Shown in pieces: positions 1 to 10,802 of a stretch of DNA of 64,000 bases; positions within the stretch are counted from its first letter, which is position 1, and the number at the start of each line of letters is the position of its first letter. The DNA is from Candidatus Bathyarchaeota archaeon. GTDB lineage: Archaea > Thermoproteota > Bathyarchaeia > Bathyarchaeales > DTEX01. The translations under genes and the position numbers were made by a program. The notes under the pieces were generated by a model. It did not search any database and was not told the DNA's origin. It was given only the letters and a program-made list of their open reading frames with translations. The DNA lies in contig CAVQNT010000002.1 of NCBI GenBank assembly GCA_963714275.1, forward strand, positions 512,001-576,000. The letters are read 5' to 3'.

Positions 1-1
1 A

Positions 2-955
2 GAAACAACAGAAGAATACTACTGGAGCCTAAACAGGGTGATTGACCAAAAGCCCATGGTTACTTTGGACGATGGCGCAGACCTAGTTGGCACATTACAC
101 ACCTCTAGAAAAGAGGCTCTTGCTTCTGTCAAAGGTGGAACAGAGGAAACCACAACTGGAGTGGTCCGGCTGAGGGCTATGAGCGAAAAAGGCGACCTCA
201 AGTACCCCATAATCGCAGTGAATGACGCTTTTACTAAGTACCTTTTCGACAACCGTTACGGAACGGGTCAAAGCACAATAGATGGCATCTTGCGTGCAAC
301 GAACGTGCTTTTAGCTGGGAAAAGGTTCGTTGTCTGTGGTTACGGGTGGTGCGGACGAGGCATCGCGTTTAGAGCCCGAGGTTTAGGCTCAAACGTGATC
401 GTGACCGAAGTTAATCCGCTTCGTGCACTTGAGGCTGTGATGGACGGTTTCCAAGTGTTGCCCATTACAGAAGCTGCGGAGGATGGCGACATTTTTGTTA
501 CAGCGACTGGAAACATCAATGTCATCCGGAAGGAACATATGCTGAAGATGCGAGACAACGCATTAATGGCTAACAGCGGGCACTTCAATGTTGAAGTGGG
601 CATAACCGACCTTACAGATGTCACCGTTTCAAAAAGGATGATTCGACCAAACCTTGAGGAGTACACTCTGAAGAATGGGCGAAAGATCTTTTTGCTTGCG
701 GAAGGCAGGCTGGTGAACCTCGCGTCAGCTGAAGGTCATCCTTCCGAGGTTATGGACATGTCTTTTTCTAATCAAGCCTTGTGCGTTGAATACTTGGCCA
801 AGAATCCAGGGTTAAAGGCAGGGGTCTACAGTGTGCCAAAAGAAATCGACGAGACGGTTGCGAATTTGAAGCTCAACGGAATGGGAATACGCATAGACGA
901 GATGACTGAGGAACAGAAAAAATACATCACGAGTTGGGAGTCCGGAACAATCTAG
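2..955 (+). CDS. ahcY: Adenosylhomocysteinase (5' truncated by window edge)
   Basis: [27 protein letters not shown]-binding, NSGHF, EGRLVNL and [11 protein letters not shown] motifs; frame is open from base 2. Confidence 0.97.
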   Translation, partial: ETTEEYYWSLNRVIDQKPMVTLDDGADLVGTLHTSRKEALASVKGGTEETTTGVVRLRAMSEKGDLKYPIIAVNDAFTKYLFDNRYGTGQSTIDGILRATNVLLAGKRFVVCGYGWCGRGIAFRARGLGSNVIVTEVNPLRALEAVMDGFQVLPITEAAEDGDIFVTATGNINVIRKEHMLKMRDNALMANSGHFNVEVGITDLTDVTVSKRMIRPNLEEYTLKNGRKIFLLAEGRLVNLASAEGHPSEVMDMSFSNQALCVEYLAKNPGLKAGVYSVPKEIDETVANLKLNGMGIRIDEMTEEQKKYITSWESGTI

Positions 956-968
956 GAACCCAAAATTA

Positions 969-1814
969 TTGGCAGCGCCTTACGCGTGTTCGGTGAAACA
1001 TTTGGATGTCAACTACATAGCCATTCTGAAAGAAATTGCGGGAGAAGTGTACTCAGCTGTAAATTCTCTTTTGGGAACAAGCAAATCCAAGCAAGTCTTA
1101 GGCAAAGGATTCGGAGGAGACCAAACGTTGCTCGTTGACGATGTTGCTGAGAAGGCAATAATCCGTTATCTTAAAAGGCAAAGAATTGCCTGCACCTTTA
1201 TAGGCGAAGAACGCGGTGTCCAAAGGCTTGGAAATAAGTCTGGTTTTTTCCTTGTCGCTGACGCTGTTGACGGATCAACCAACGCGACGAGGGGCATAAA
1301 CTTTGTATCAACATCATTAGCCACAGCTTTAACAGATGACTTGGGTCGCATAGAAGCTGCTTTGGTCATGAATTTATGTGACGGCGAGACGTTCGAGGCT
1401 GAAAAAGGTAAAGGCGCAAGAAGTAATGGTAAAGAAATTAGGACTTCTGATGTTGTTTCTCTTGGAGAAGCAGTTTTAGGCATCGATGTTTCGCGTTCGC
1501 CTGATTCTGTGGAACCGACAATTCCCTTCATGCAAAAAGCCAAGAGCGTAAGGTCTTTCGGTTCAGCGGCTTTGGAGATTTGCCACGTTGCTTCGGGGCG
1601 TTTGGATGCTTACGTGGATTTGAGAGGTATGTTGAGGACGCTTGACTTTGCAGCAGCAATGCTGATTGTCGAGGAGGCTGGAGGAATCTTTGTTCAACAT
1701 GACGGCAAAAGATTTAATGGATATCGTTTGAGCGAGCTGAGCCGCTTCTCCGTATTAGCTGCAGCTAATGAAAACATTTACCGCGAAATCGCATCTAATA
1801 TTTTACATAAATAG
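969..1814 (+). CDS. suhB: Inositol monophosphatase / archaeal FBPase-IMPase family
   Basis: GEE, DAVDGSTN, RSFGSAALEICHVASG, LDFAAA motifs; start may be GTG at ~993. Confidence 0.88.
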   Translation: MAAPYACSVKHLDVNYIAILKEIAGEVYSAVNSLLGTSKSKQVLGKGFGGDQTLLVDDVAEKAIIRYLKRQRIACTFIGEERGVQRLGNKSGFFLVADAVDGSTNATRGINFVSTSLATALTDDLGRIEAALVMNLCDGETFEAEKGKGARSNGKEIRTSDVVSLGEAVLGIDVSRSPDSVEPTIPFMQKAKSVRSFGSAALEICHVASGRLDAYVDLRGMLRTLDFAAAMLIVEEAGGIFVQHDGKRFNGYRLSELSRFSVLAAANENIYREIASNILHK

Positions 1815-1834
1815 AATCATCTCCGTGAAGGTTT

Positions 1835-2705
1835 ATGGCGCTGAAAGTTACACAGTCAATGTTGCTGAGTCCAGATGCAGCCTTTCTGTTACGAAACGGT
1901 TCAGAGCGAGTCATGGTGATTTCTGACCTTCACATAGGATGGGAAGTTGCCTTAGCTAAAGAAGGTGTTCACGTGCCCTCTCAGACAGGCCGCCTTCTTG
2001 AAAGACTCAAAGACATTCTTGGCTCTGAGAAGCCTGACCGACTCGTCATTCTTGGGGACATCAAGCACACTGTTTCAAAGATCGAATTTGGAGAATGGCG
2101 GGACGTGCCTTGGTTTTTCGAGGAGGTTTGCAAAATTGTGTCTAAGGTGCAGGTTGTGCCTGGCAACCACGATGGCGACTTAGAAGCATTGTTGCCTGAG
2201 TCTGTGGAGCTTTTATCTCCGCGAGGAACCATAGTAGGAGATGTGGGGCTTTTCCACGGTCACACTTGGCCAGACGTGAAAATGCTTGGTTGCAGCACGT
2301 TAGTCGCTGGGCACGTTCATCCCATCGTTGTTTTTTATGATCCCATGGGTTTCCGTATAACGAGGCAGGTTTGGGTTCGTGCGCCATGCGACAAACTGCT
2401 TTTGGCGAAGTCTGTGTTGAAGGGAAACGGTGCAGGCGTAAAAAAGGGGGAGGAGCTGAAAAAATGTCCTCAAGGTCAAATTCAACACTGAACTCAGAGC
2501 TGAGGCATTCGTCATAGTGCCTTCTTTCAACGATTACTTAGGCGGGCAGGCTGTGAATGGTTCTTCCATTCCTAAAAGAAAGAAGTTTGAGGGATTCATT
2601 GGACCTGTCCTACGTTCAGGAAGCGTTAACCTTGATAAGGCTGAAACCTACCTTTTAGATGGGACTTTCTTGGGGACGATTGACCATCTCAGAAAACTCA
2701 GCTGA
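1835..2705 (+). CDS. Metallophosphoesterase (calcineurin-like), frameshift at ~2460
   Basis: SDLHIG, LGD, GNHD, HGH, GHVHP; C-terminal PSFN continues in ORF 2517..2705 after an extra A next to AGCT. Confidence 0.88.
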
Positions 2706-2728
2706 GACAAACAATATTACCCTTTTGG

Positions 2729-3169
2729 ATGAATAGATTTAAATGTGAAATTTGTATGGAAAAAGGCAAGGTTGAAACTCGGTCTCTTCAGGACATCTGC
2801 GACGAAGCGAAGGAGAAAGGACAGCTTACCGAAGACCAATTGGCAGGGCTAAAAGCAGTTTTTGGTCAACGTTTCAGTAACGCTTGGGAAGCTGTGGAGG
2901 ATTCGCGTGTAAAAAGGTATTTTTTTAAGCCGAGTGACCGTGTGGTTTGGATTGTTGTTGGGAGAAAACGGGATTACCTTGTTTTATCCGCCGCGGGTTA
3001 TTGTTCCTGCGACGACTTCTACTACAGCGTCATGGAGGGAAAGGCTTTCCTCTGTTATCATCTTATCGGTCAGAAGATTGCTGAGGCTTTGGGGCGGTTC
3101 GACCGGATCGAAGAAGACGACGACCTCTATGAAGTGTTGATGAAGGAGTGGAAGGAAGTAACATCTTAA
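2729..3169 (+). CDS. SWIM zinc-finger protein
   Basis: YCSCDDF...CYH SWIM signature. Confidence 0.8.
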   Translation: MNRFKCEICMEKGKVETRSLQDICDEAKEKGQLTEDQLAGLKAVFGQRFSNAWEAVEDSRVKRYFFKPSDRVVWIVVGRKRDYLVLSAAGYCSCDDFYYSVMEGKAFLCYHLIGQKIAEALGRFDRIEEDDDLYEVLMKEWKEVTS

Positions 3170-3190
3170 ATATTTGCATTCACACAATAC

Positions 3191-3403
3191 ATGAAGGCTG
3201 GACGAACTATGTCTGTTGAAGAATATTTCAGCACAATCATCTGGATCCTGATGGGACTTACGTTCATCGCCATCTCGCTCATATTTCTTTACATGATTTA
3301 TGGCGAAAAAGAGGAAGCAACCGAAACCTCAAGCTCGACGAAAACAATAACGGTCACAAATAACATTTTAAAGTTTACAAGTAAGATTCCAGCATTCCTG
3401 TAA
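3191..3403 (+). CDS. Small single-TM hypothetical protein
   Basis: One hydrophobic helix (IIWILMGLTFIAISLIFLYMIY); follows the SWIM gene on the same strand. Confidence 0.5.
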   Translation: MKAGRTMSVEEYFSTIIWILMGLTFIAISLIFLYMIYGEKEEATETSSSTKTITVTNNILKFTSKIPAFL

Positions 3404-3522
3404 GCGTGTCTGGTTTCTACATTTTATGAAGTCAGGAATGCTAAGCACAATTGTCGAATCCGCCATTATGCGATTGTTAGAAATACATGATGCTTCAGAT
3501 AGGCTTTAATGTACTTTCATGA

Positions 3523-4719
3523 ATGTTCAAAAAGGTTGAAGTGCCAAGGATGCCACTTGAGGATATCATACAAAAGATTCTCAGTTTCCGCTCAGACATG
3601 ACACGCGAAGAACTACAAAAAATGATTGAGGCGAAGGTTGAAGAGGCCAAGGGCTTCTTGACACAAGAAAGTGCAGCTCGGGCAGTCGCTGTGGAGCTCG
3701 GAGTCGAACAGTTGAAGATTCCGTCCACGCACAGAATAACTGTTAAAGACTTGGTTTCAGGTCTTGGCGATGTCACGATTTCAGCTCGTATCATTTATGT
3801 TGGTCCTCTCCAAAAAATTTCTAACCAAGATGAAAAAGAAGTGAAGCTGAGGCACTTAGTTATTGCTGATAAAACTGGAGAACTGAGGGTCGTTATTTGG
3901 GAACACAAGGCTGACTTGGCTGATTCGTTAAGTTTGCTTGGTCATGTTGCCCAATTCTCACATGGTTACGTTCGCACAGGTTATAACGGAAGACTTGAAC
4001 TGAGCATCGGTTCGAAAGGAAGCATCGAGGTCGCTTCGTCTGACGTGTCCAGGGACGATTTCCCGTTGTTGACTGAATTTCACAAAAAAATCGGAGAGTT
4101 AACAAAAGACGCCAAAAAAGTGAATGTGATCGGCAGCGTTGCTGGGGTTCATCCAGCTTCAAGTTTCAGCCGTGAAGACAGCAAAGAAGGGATGCTGAAA
4201 AAACTTGAATTGCAGGATGAAACGGGCATAGTTACGATTGTTTTCTGGAACTCCAAGGTTCAGGAATCAGCCGACATTAAGAGCGGAAGCTTGCTGCAGG
4301 TTTTTGGGGCAAAAGTCAAGGAGTCACTTAATGGAGGCGTTGAACTGCATGTGGACTCGTCTGTTGGCTTTGTCCTTTTGAAGGAGTTACCTGGCGGATA
4401 CGAGAATTTTTCATCTAATCCCACAAAGATAAGAGACCTTAAACCCGGTTTGAAGGTCATGGTTGAGGGAAACGTCGTCACCCAGCCCGTAATTAAGGAA
4501 GTGACAACATCTCAAAACGAGAAAATTAATTTAGCCTCTTTTGAACTTGACGACGAAACTGGTAGAATCAAAGTGTTGTTATGGCGAGACTTTGTGGTGC
4601 TTGCTGAAAATTTGGAAGTTAACAAAAAAATTAGGATAAAATGTATCTACGTGGATTATGGCTCATTCGATAAGTTGATACTTTCATCTAATTCAGGAAC
4701 AGGATTAGACAGAATCTGA
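3523..4719 (+). CDS. rpa: Replication protein A-like ssDNA-binding protein with three OB folds
   Basis: Three DxTG-x-I/L-x-V-x-x-W OB repeats; N-terminal helical domain (GFLTQESAARAVA). Confidence 0.88.
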   Translation: MFKKVEVPRMPLEDIIQKILSFRSDMTREELQKMIEAKVEEAKGFLTQESAARAVAVELGVEQLKIPSTHRITVKDLVSGLGDVTISARIIYVGPLQKISNQDEKEVKLRHLVIADKTGELRVVIWEHKADLADSLSLLGHVAQFSHGYVRTGYNGRLELSIGSKGSIEVASSDVSRDDFPLLTEFHKKIGELTKDAKKVNVIGSVAGVHPASSFSREDSKEGMLKKLELQDETGIVTIVFWNSKVQESADIKSGSLLQVFGAKVKESLNGGVELHVDSSVGFVLLKELPGGYENFSSNPTKIRDLKPGLKVMVEGNVVTQPVIKEVTTSQNEKINLASFELDDETGRIKVLLWRDFVVLAENLEVNKKIRIKCIYVDYGSFDKLILSSNSGTGLDRI

Positions 4720-4763
4720 TTTTTTTCTTAACAAACCTAGTGAAGTTTCTGTCTGAACCTTGC

Positions 4764-5183
4764 CTATTTTCTGACTAGCACTATTTCCATCGAAGATACG
4801 TTGGACTTTGGTCTATCAGGACTTGAGAGTTCTACTGTGCTAATGTCGATTTTTTCGATTACCACATCTTTCATGAACACGCGTCGGAGAAGCTCCGCTG
4901 TGTCGACTGCTCTGCTGATGGCTCTTCCCCTAGCCTTCACTACTACCTTCTTGGCGCCAGTGTTGAACGAGGTTAAACAAGCAACCACGTATGCCATCAC
5001 TGGTTTCTGACCAATAAAGACATGGTTCTCTTCAGTTTTCGCTACAGGTTTAGGTTCTGATTTTTCTACGGGTTTTTCAACAGGTTTAGTCACTGTCTTT
5101 TCCACTGGTTTTGCCTCTGGTTTTTCCACAGGTTTTCTCGCAGGTTTTTTTTCCGTTTTCTTTACAGTTTTTCCTTCAGCCAT
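4764..5183 (-). CDS. albA: DNA/RNA-binding protein Alba with ~50-aa KPVEK-repeat N-terminal tail
   Basis: VFIGQKPVMAYV, KARGRAISRAVD, VSSMEIVL Alba core. Confidence 0.95.
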   Translation of the reverse strand: MAEGKTVKKTEKKPARKPVEKPEAKPVEKTVTKPVEKPVEKSEPKPVAKTEENHVFIGQKPVMAYVVACLTSFNTGAKKVVVKARGRAISRAVDTAELLRRVFMKDVVIEKIDISTVELSSPDRPKSNVSSMEIVLVRK

Positions 5184-5295
5184 ATCGTGTTTTCCTCCTT
5201 AATATTTAGTAGTTGAGCACATCGGTTTGTTGGTTTAGATAGCATATGAACTTCATTGGTCTTCTTATATCTTTCTGTAGGGGGTAAAATACCGA

Positions 5296-7100
5296 TCAAA
5301 ACAGAGAAAGCAGTACAGTGAAGGCAAATCCAAACGCTGGAAAGACTATTGTTGAGGTTTTTTTCGCCTTTTTCGCCCCTTCGTCAACGATCAATGATAG
5401 TTTATCGATTTGCCGTTCGCCTATTACCCTTACGCCTTGAACCGTCATTCGTTGCCAAGAAACCTCTGCAGGTTCAAGGGTTCCCAAAGCCAGTGCAGCG
5501 GTCTGCTTAACGTTTTCTATCAGTCTTTGGTGGTCAATAGCCTTTCCGACTGGGTTGTATCCCATCTCATTCATGACCACAGCATTCACCACGTGAGTGT
5601 CAGTTGTAAAAATTTCGCCACTGCTTATGCCTAGTTCAAGTAAGCCTTCGAGTATTTTTTCACGTAAGCCAGACACCATGTTGTTTCCATCAATAGTGAC
5701 ATAAGCGGTTGTCTGGTCATCCATCCTGACCACAGTTACGGTTATTCCGCCGGGTCCCATTCCGTCTTCAACGCTGAATTCTATGGGGACAACTTTCGCT
5801 ACACCTACCTTAAAACGTGATTGTTTGCGACTGGACGCAAGTTCAATGATTGCTTTGGATGCTTTTTCTATAGGCTTAACGGCTTTCTCAACATCGAAAA
5901 GTCCCTGAATGCTGTTATGGGCGTCAATTGCGACAACCCAAGACAATCCTTTTTTCTGGGCTTCCTGCAAAATGGCTTCATTTAGTTCTAACGGCAGATC
6001 CTCCATTGTTTCAGGCGCAAGCGTCAACGTGACTAGTGCGCAGTCACCGAATATCTGGCATCCCGCTGTGGCTCCGTCCAGTTTGGTGGTCTCGAACGGC
6101 GTCGCCTTGGCGCTGAAGGCATCAAACTTCACGGACTCAAGAACGAGTTCTATGAGTTTCGCATTCTGAGTTTGGGAAGCTAAGTCGAGTCGTGACCTGA
6201 AATGCCATGCGGAACAGAGACGATACATCCGAGCTTCTTTTCCAAGGCTGTCTGAATCATGCTTGGGATTGCGCTGCTTCCAATGTTCTTGAACGGTCCT
6301 GGATGAACGGCGGGGACAACCATCACGGTCTTTAAACTGTTTCCCGTCTTGAACGCTATGAGCGAGACTGTAATGTCCCGTTCTTCGCTGAATTGTTCAA
6401 GGACATCTTCAAAAGGCTTCACGAGACCTTCAGTCCAATTCGCGAGAAACGCCCTAAACATTTTCACTGATGGAATCCCAAGCGACCTAGTGCGTAAAGT
6501 ATTCATATCTGCGATGAAGGTTTTGACGCCAACAAAAGCCAATGAACCTGCCAGAAACATATAGAGCATTGAGTAACCTTGAACTGCGAGCGGCAAATGG
6601 CTAATCAGAAACAGAAACAAAAACAATGTTGGCTGTAATGTCGCAGCGAGAATAATCCTTGAGGAACTCATGAACGAAAGAACACAAAAAACGAGGAAAC
6701 TCAACGATAAAGCAACAAAGAATCCCATAGCCACCACTTTGGGATAAATGACAACATCGCCAAGCCAAAAGGAAGCCAAAGCTGCAAAACAAACAGCCCC
6801 CGTGATAATTAGGTTAGAAGCCAGAGAAATGAACGAGCATCTTCTCAGGTCAAGTATAAGGTCATTTTTTAGAGTAATTTTGCATATCACGTAGTCTGCG
6901 ATAAAGGTTTCAGTAAAAAGCATCGCTCCGACTGCGATTCCCCAAATTAGGCTTTGCGGAGAAGACGAGAGCTGGAGTTGCCCTATGACGCCTGTTGCGA
7001 CGCATTGAATACATAGGCACGCCACTATTTTCGCGTATGATGGAAGAGTGAAAAGCAACGAGTATCGGCTGACCGCTTTTTCTACATGCTTTCTCTGCAA
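5296..7100 (-). CDS. DUF2070-family membrane protein (frameshift at ~6180)
   Basis: Multi-TM N-terminal half; HPGPFKNIGSS, HGISGH, IDAHNS, DGNNM and TTDTH motifs across two ORFs. Confidence 0.85.
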
Positions 7101-7329
7101 TGCAGCGTCTCCAAAGTGACATACGATAGTGACATTAACCTGTTCAAAAACTTTGAGGTTTTTACACCATTATGCTCATTCTAGAAGATTGATCTAAGCT
7201 TTTTGGACCAAAAAGATGAAAAAAACAGCTTAACCCTTGATATGAAGAGCCATTAATTAATCCCAATCTGAGCGTCAGAGGAACAGAAAGGCTTATTTGC
7301 CTATTAAAACACTTTTCTGGTGAAGGTTA

Positions 7330-7608
7330 ATGTCAGGCAATTCACCTCCGCCTACAGTTTTATTAATGCTTGAACGTCATCTGGGGCGAAAAATCCACGT
7401 TATCCTAGACCAATCTTACGGGTACGAAGGAACCTTAGCTGCAGTGTCAAGAGACCCGCCCGGACTTTGGCTTTCAGACGGCAAAGCAACCGTTCTCAGA
7501 TCAACCATTACACAACCCATACCGCAAGTCGTAAGCCGCGAAGACCGAAGCGAAGTCTTCATAAACCTCACTTCAGTCCAAAGACTGGAAGTACTACACG
7601 AAGACTAA
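7330..7608 (+). CDS. Divergent Sm/LSm-like protein
   Basis: Helix followed by GRKIHVIL...YEGTL (Sm1-like) and EVFINLTSV (Sm2-like). Confidence 0.55.
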   Translation: MSGNSPPPTVLLMLERHLGRKIHVILDQSYGYEGTLAAVSRDPPGLWLSDGKATVLRSTITQPIPQVVSREDRSEVFINLTSVQRLEVLHED

Positions 7609-7644
7609 ACAAACCTTCAAAAACCATTATAAACCAACCTTTTA

Positions 7645-7862
7645 AGCCCCAAAACAACTGAGCAACTGCGCCACAAAACAAATCAGGCCTTCACAGGTCG
7701 CGGTTTGTCATTCAAACAGAAAATTCTAATGTCACACAAAACAGACAGCCTTCCGAAGAAGCATTTGTTGTTCAAAACGCAAATTCGGATGATGAACAAA
7801 TCAGACCTATCTTTGCAGTTGCCAATTGTCACAAAAATCAGACCAGACGAATCCGCATGAAT
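7645..7862. repeat. Degenerate ~60-bp-period tandem repeat (dispersed family, copy 1)
   Basis: TG-N5-CAAA(A/T)CAGAC-like cores at 7667, 7730, 7790 and 7827; TGT(C/T)(A/G)TTCAAA at 7706 and 7766; homologous to the reverse complement of 34583-34705 and 41353-41413. Confidence 0.7.
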
Positions 7863-7971
7863 CGAACGACCAAATGGCATCTAAAAGAGCAATCCATTCT
7901 GATATGCGCTGTATCTTAAAGGTTATTACGGACCAGCAAGCCATACTTATCAAGAAATGGGCAGATGAAAA

Positions 7972-8601
7972 TTGCTGACAAAGTTAAAGAAGACCGTTCA
8001 ATCATGGATGAAGACTCAGGCAATGGCAGCTCATAAAATCGGGCTGACACCGAATGTGATTAGCGGTCTAGGCGTCGTCCTCGGCGTAGCCTCAGGCCTC
8101 GTCTACTGGCAAGCTGGACTGACCATTGATAGCCCCAGCATTTATCCTTCTTATCTTGTAACAGCAATTGTTTTGCTTCTCACCTCGGGATACTGCGACG
8201 CTCTTGACGGTGCCCTAGCAAGGCTGCATGATGAGACTTCGGTTGCTGGCGGTTTTTTGGATTCGCTGCTGGACCGATATGTCGATGCTTCAGTTTACTG
8301 CGGTTTGATAGTTGGTGGGCTGTGCGACGCTTTCTGGGGACTTTTAGCGTTAATCGGCTCTTTGCTTACGAGTTATACCCGAGCAAGGTCCGAAGCAGCT
8401 AACGTTCCAATGGAAACAATCGGCGTCGTTGAAAGGGCAGAAAGATTAATCATAATTGCCTTAGCCAGTCTTATGAGCATCGTTTGGCTGGATGCCATAC
8501 GCTGGTCCATAATACTCTTAGCTGCCGCGACAAACATAACTGTCCTTCAACGTGTACTCTACTTTTTGAGAAAGGCCGGTTCTCAGAAAAATCCTAATTG
8601 A
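7972..8601 (+). CDS. pgsA: CDP-alcohol phosphatidyltransferase (archaetidylinositol phosphate synthase-like)
   Basis: TPN, DALDGALAR, GGFLDSLLDRYVD, SYTRARSE, ERAER. Confidence 0.92.
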   Translation: MLTKLKKTVQSWMKTQAMAAHKIGLTPNVISGLGVVLGVASGLVYWQAGLTIDSPSIYPSYLVTAIVLLLTSGYCDALDGALARLHDETSVAGGFLDSLLDRYVDASVYCGLIVGGLCDAFWGLLALIGSLLTSYTRARSEAANVPMETIGVVERAERLIIIALASLMSIVWLDAIRWSIILLAAATNITVLQRVLYFLRKAGSQKNPN

Positions 8602-8636
8602 CACTATTTTACTACGTTCTTCTCTGTTTTCCAGAT

Positions 8637-8915
8637 TTAGAAAGGGCGTCTTCGAGAATCTCTTGCCCTGACCTTCACTATGCCACGGTGCACCGCGCAT
8701 GAGACACAATAATACTTCGTGTCAACATGGGTCGGCATGTATGCCCCTTTCTGGCGAAGCTCCTTATACAAGGCTGAATCAACAAGCGTAACCCTACGTG
8801 TGGATTTCTTTGCCTTGTCTCTCGGAACGAGTTCTCCGCATTTACTGCATTGAACGACGCTACTGTGACCTTTCTGGCCTTTCGCGCGACCTCTGCTTTT
8901 CCGTTTAAATGGCAT
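8637..8915 (-). CDS. rps26e: 30S ribosomal protein eS26
   Basis: MPFKRKSRGR...CSKCG.LVPRDKA...YCVSCAVHRGIVKVR; start at ATG 8915. Confidence 0.95.
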   Translation of the reverse strand: MPFKRKSRGRAKGQKGHSSVVQCSKCGELVPRDKAKKSTRRVTLVDSALYKELRQKGAYMPTHVDTKYYCVSCAVHRGIVKVRARDSRRRPF

Positions 8916-9067
8916 AATATATACATTCCTGTGCATTATTTCTGGATTATGTAGATAAAACATGAGTATGCGTTCTTATACCTTGCGTTTTTTAGCTACT
9001 CGCATATTGTTCGATTCCATTCGTTTATGCAACTTTTTAAGTCACCAGATAAATTACAAGCAACCGA

Positions 9068-10003
9068 ATGGAGACTAACCTGATGGGTCCATTTGACATA
9101 GTAACGGTTGGTCATTTCTCAATCGACCTCATCAAACTTCCAAACATAAATGGGACTAAACCTACGCTTGGAGGACCTCCCGCATACGTGTCTTTAGCAG
9201 CCAAAAAACTCGATGCTGATGTCTCCGTCATTTCGAAGGTTGGCATGGACTTTCCTGACAAATTTCAACAGTTTCTGGAACTTAGAGGAGTTGACCTGTC
9301 TGGCTTAAAGAAAGACGGAAACGCATCGACAACCAGTTTTCTACTCGATTACGGATCAAGCGGAAAACGCAAGATTGTTTTGAGAAACAGGGCTCCATCA
9401 ATAGAAGTAGACGACATACCTAACGCATTAAATTCTAAAGTTGTCCACATCGCGCCCATCGCAAACGAGATTCCTCATGAAACATTACATAAGCTAAAAA
9501 CCTCTGGCTCAATAGTGTCTCTGGACCCCCAAGGTTTTGTCCGTAAGTTCAAGGAGAACGGAAAAGTGTGCCTTGGGCAGCTCGAAGACTCAGAGGTCCT
9601 GAAAGGAGTCGACGTTCTTAAGGCTTCATACGATGAAGCTAAGGCTATCACTAGGCAGCCAAACCTTGTTAATGTGGTCAAAAATTTTATTAAAAAAGGC
9701 ATCAAAATAATCATCATAACCAGAGGAGCAGAAGCCACGTTATTGTGTGTTGAAGGCAGGCTGTTTTCGGTTCCGTCTGCGAAGCCCAGAGTCGTAGTTG
9801 ACACAACTGGAGCTGGCGACGTGTTTATCGGAGCATTCCTAACCAAGTTTGTGCGTGGCGAGGAACCTTTGTGGTGCGCCTGCGTAGGTTCAGCTGCAGC
9901 CTCCTTTGTCGTTGAGAAGTATGGTCCAAATGGATTCGGCGCACAAAAACAAGTTTGTGCAAGAGCCACAGAAGTTTATAATGAGGCTTCAGTTGTTTCG
10001 TGA
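9068..10003 (+). CDS. PfkB/ribokinase-family carbohydrate kinase
   Basis: GG motif, KVGxDF, DPQG, VDTTGAGDVF signature. Confidence 0.92.
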   Translation: METNLMGPFDIVTVGHFSIDLIKLPNINGTKPTLGGPPAYVSLAAKKLDADVSVISKVGMDFPDKFQQFLELRGVDLSGLKKDGNASTTSFLLDYGSSGKRKIVLRNRAPSIEVDDIPNALNSKVVHIAPIANEIPHETLHKLKTSGSIVSLDPQGFVRKFKENGKVCLGQLEDSEVLKGVDVLKASYDEAKAITRQPNLVNVVKNFIKKGIKIIIITRGAEATLLCVEGRLFSVPSAKPRVVVDTTGAGDVFIGAFLTKFVRGEEPLWCACVGSAAASFVVEKYGPNGFGAQKQVCARATEVYNEASVVS

Positions 10004-10055
10004 ATCTTTGTTGGTCAATCTATTACTTGACATATTGATTTCTAAATTTACATTA

Positions 10056-10313
10056 CTAGATTTCATTGTTTTTGTCATCCACTTCGAATAAGTGGCAAAG
10101 AATATCGTAAAGTTCCTGTCCACCGTCCATTTTTAAGAAAGTTTCCTTCTCAGATTTCAGGATTTCTCTGGCTGTTCTGCGGGTTTTTTGCCATTCGATT
10201 TCGTTCCACATCACCTTGTAGTTTTTGAACTCGAGCCATGCACGGACTATTAAGACAATGAACATGGCGACCGTTAAAACCAAGTTTAATAAATAGATGT
10301 CAAGCAAATCCAT
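10056..10313 (-). CDS. Small membrane-anchored hypothetical protein
   Basis: N-terminal TM helix; GGAGG RBS upstream. Confidence 0.65.
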   Translation of the reverse strand: MDLLDIYLLNLVLTVAMFIVLIVRAWLEFKNYKVMWNEIEWQKTRRTAREILKSEKETFLKMDGGQELYDILCHLFEVDDKNNEI

Positions 10314-10435
10314 AATTCGATGATGCCTCCATTTTTAGAAAAAATAGGCATCAACACATATAAGGAGAATGTTCCATAAAATCGTTAAACCTTTTAAGTT
10401 TAGTAATCATAGATGCAGTTAATAAATATAGACCG

Positions 10436-10702
10436 GTGTTCAAGTTGGGCAAAATTTCCAAAGGCGAGAAATGCAGCGTCAAAGGATGCGCGAAAGAAGC
10501 AGTCCGTTCCTTACCTATTGACGACGTGACCGCTGCAGGCATAGAGGTGCATGGAACTCGCCGCGTCTACCTTTGTAGAGACCATTACAAACAATACAAG
10601 AAATCCGCCAAAAAAGAACAGATGGTCGGCAAATGGCGGTACGGTGGACGAATTAAAAAATTTGACAGTTCTTTTAACACATATGTCAAGACTGGAGCGT
10701 AA
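10436..10702 (+). CDS. Small zinc-binding hypothetical protein
   Basis: CSVKGC...YLCRDHY C3H pattern; basic. Confidence 0.65.
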   Translation: MFKLGKISKGEKCSVKGCAKEAVRSLPIDDVTAAGIEVHGTRRVYLCRDHYKQYKKSAKKEQMVGKWRYGGRIKKFDSSFNTYVKTGA

Positions 10703-10728
10703 TTGGTTTTTTAGGTAAAATAGTCAAT

Positions 10729-10762
10729 CCCCCTCCCCCTTCTTTCACAGACCCTTTTTATA
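10729..10762 (+). promoter_or_regulatory. CCCCTCCCCC-N4/5-TTCACAGAC motif abutting a TATA box
   Basis: CCCCCTCCCCCTTCTTTCACAGAC followed by CCTTTTTATA; related copies in reverse orientation at 54013-54044 and 60400-60432. Confidence 0.55.
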
Positions 10763-10802
10763 CGATTCTCTCGGACATTAGGCTAAGCAAATCAGACTAT
10801 CA

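Noticed and set aside
7645-7880. CRISPR array or real 65-aa ORF (7683..7880)
   Set aside because: Repeat units are degenerate with homologous spacers; the ORF overlaps the repeat and has no recognisable features.
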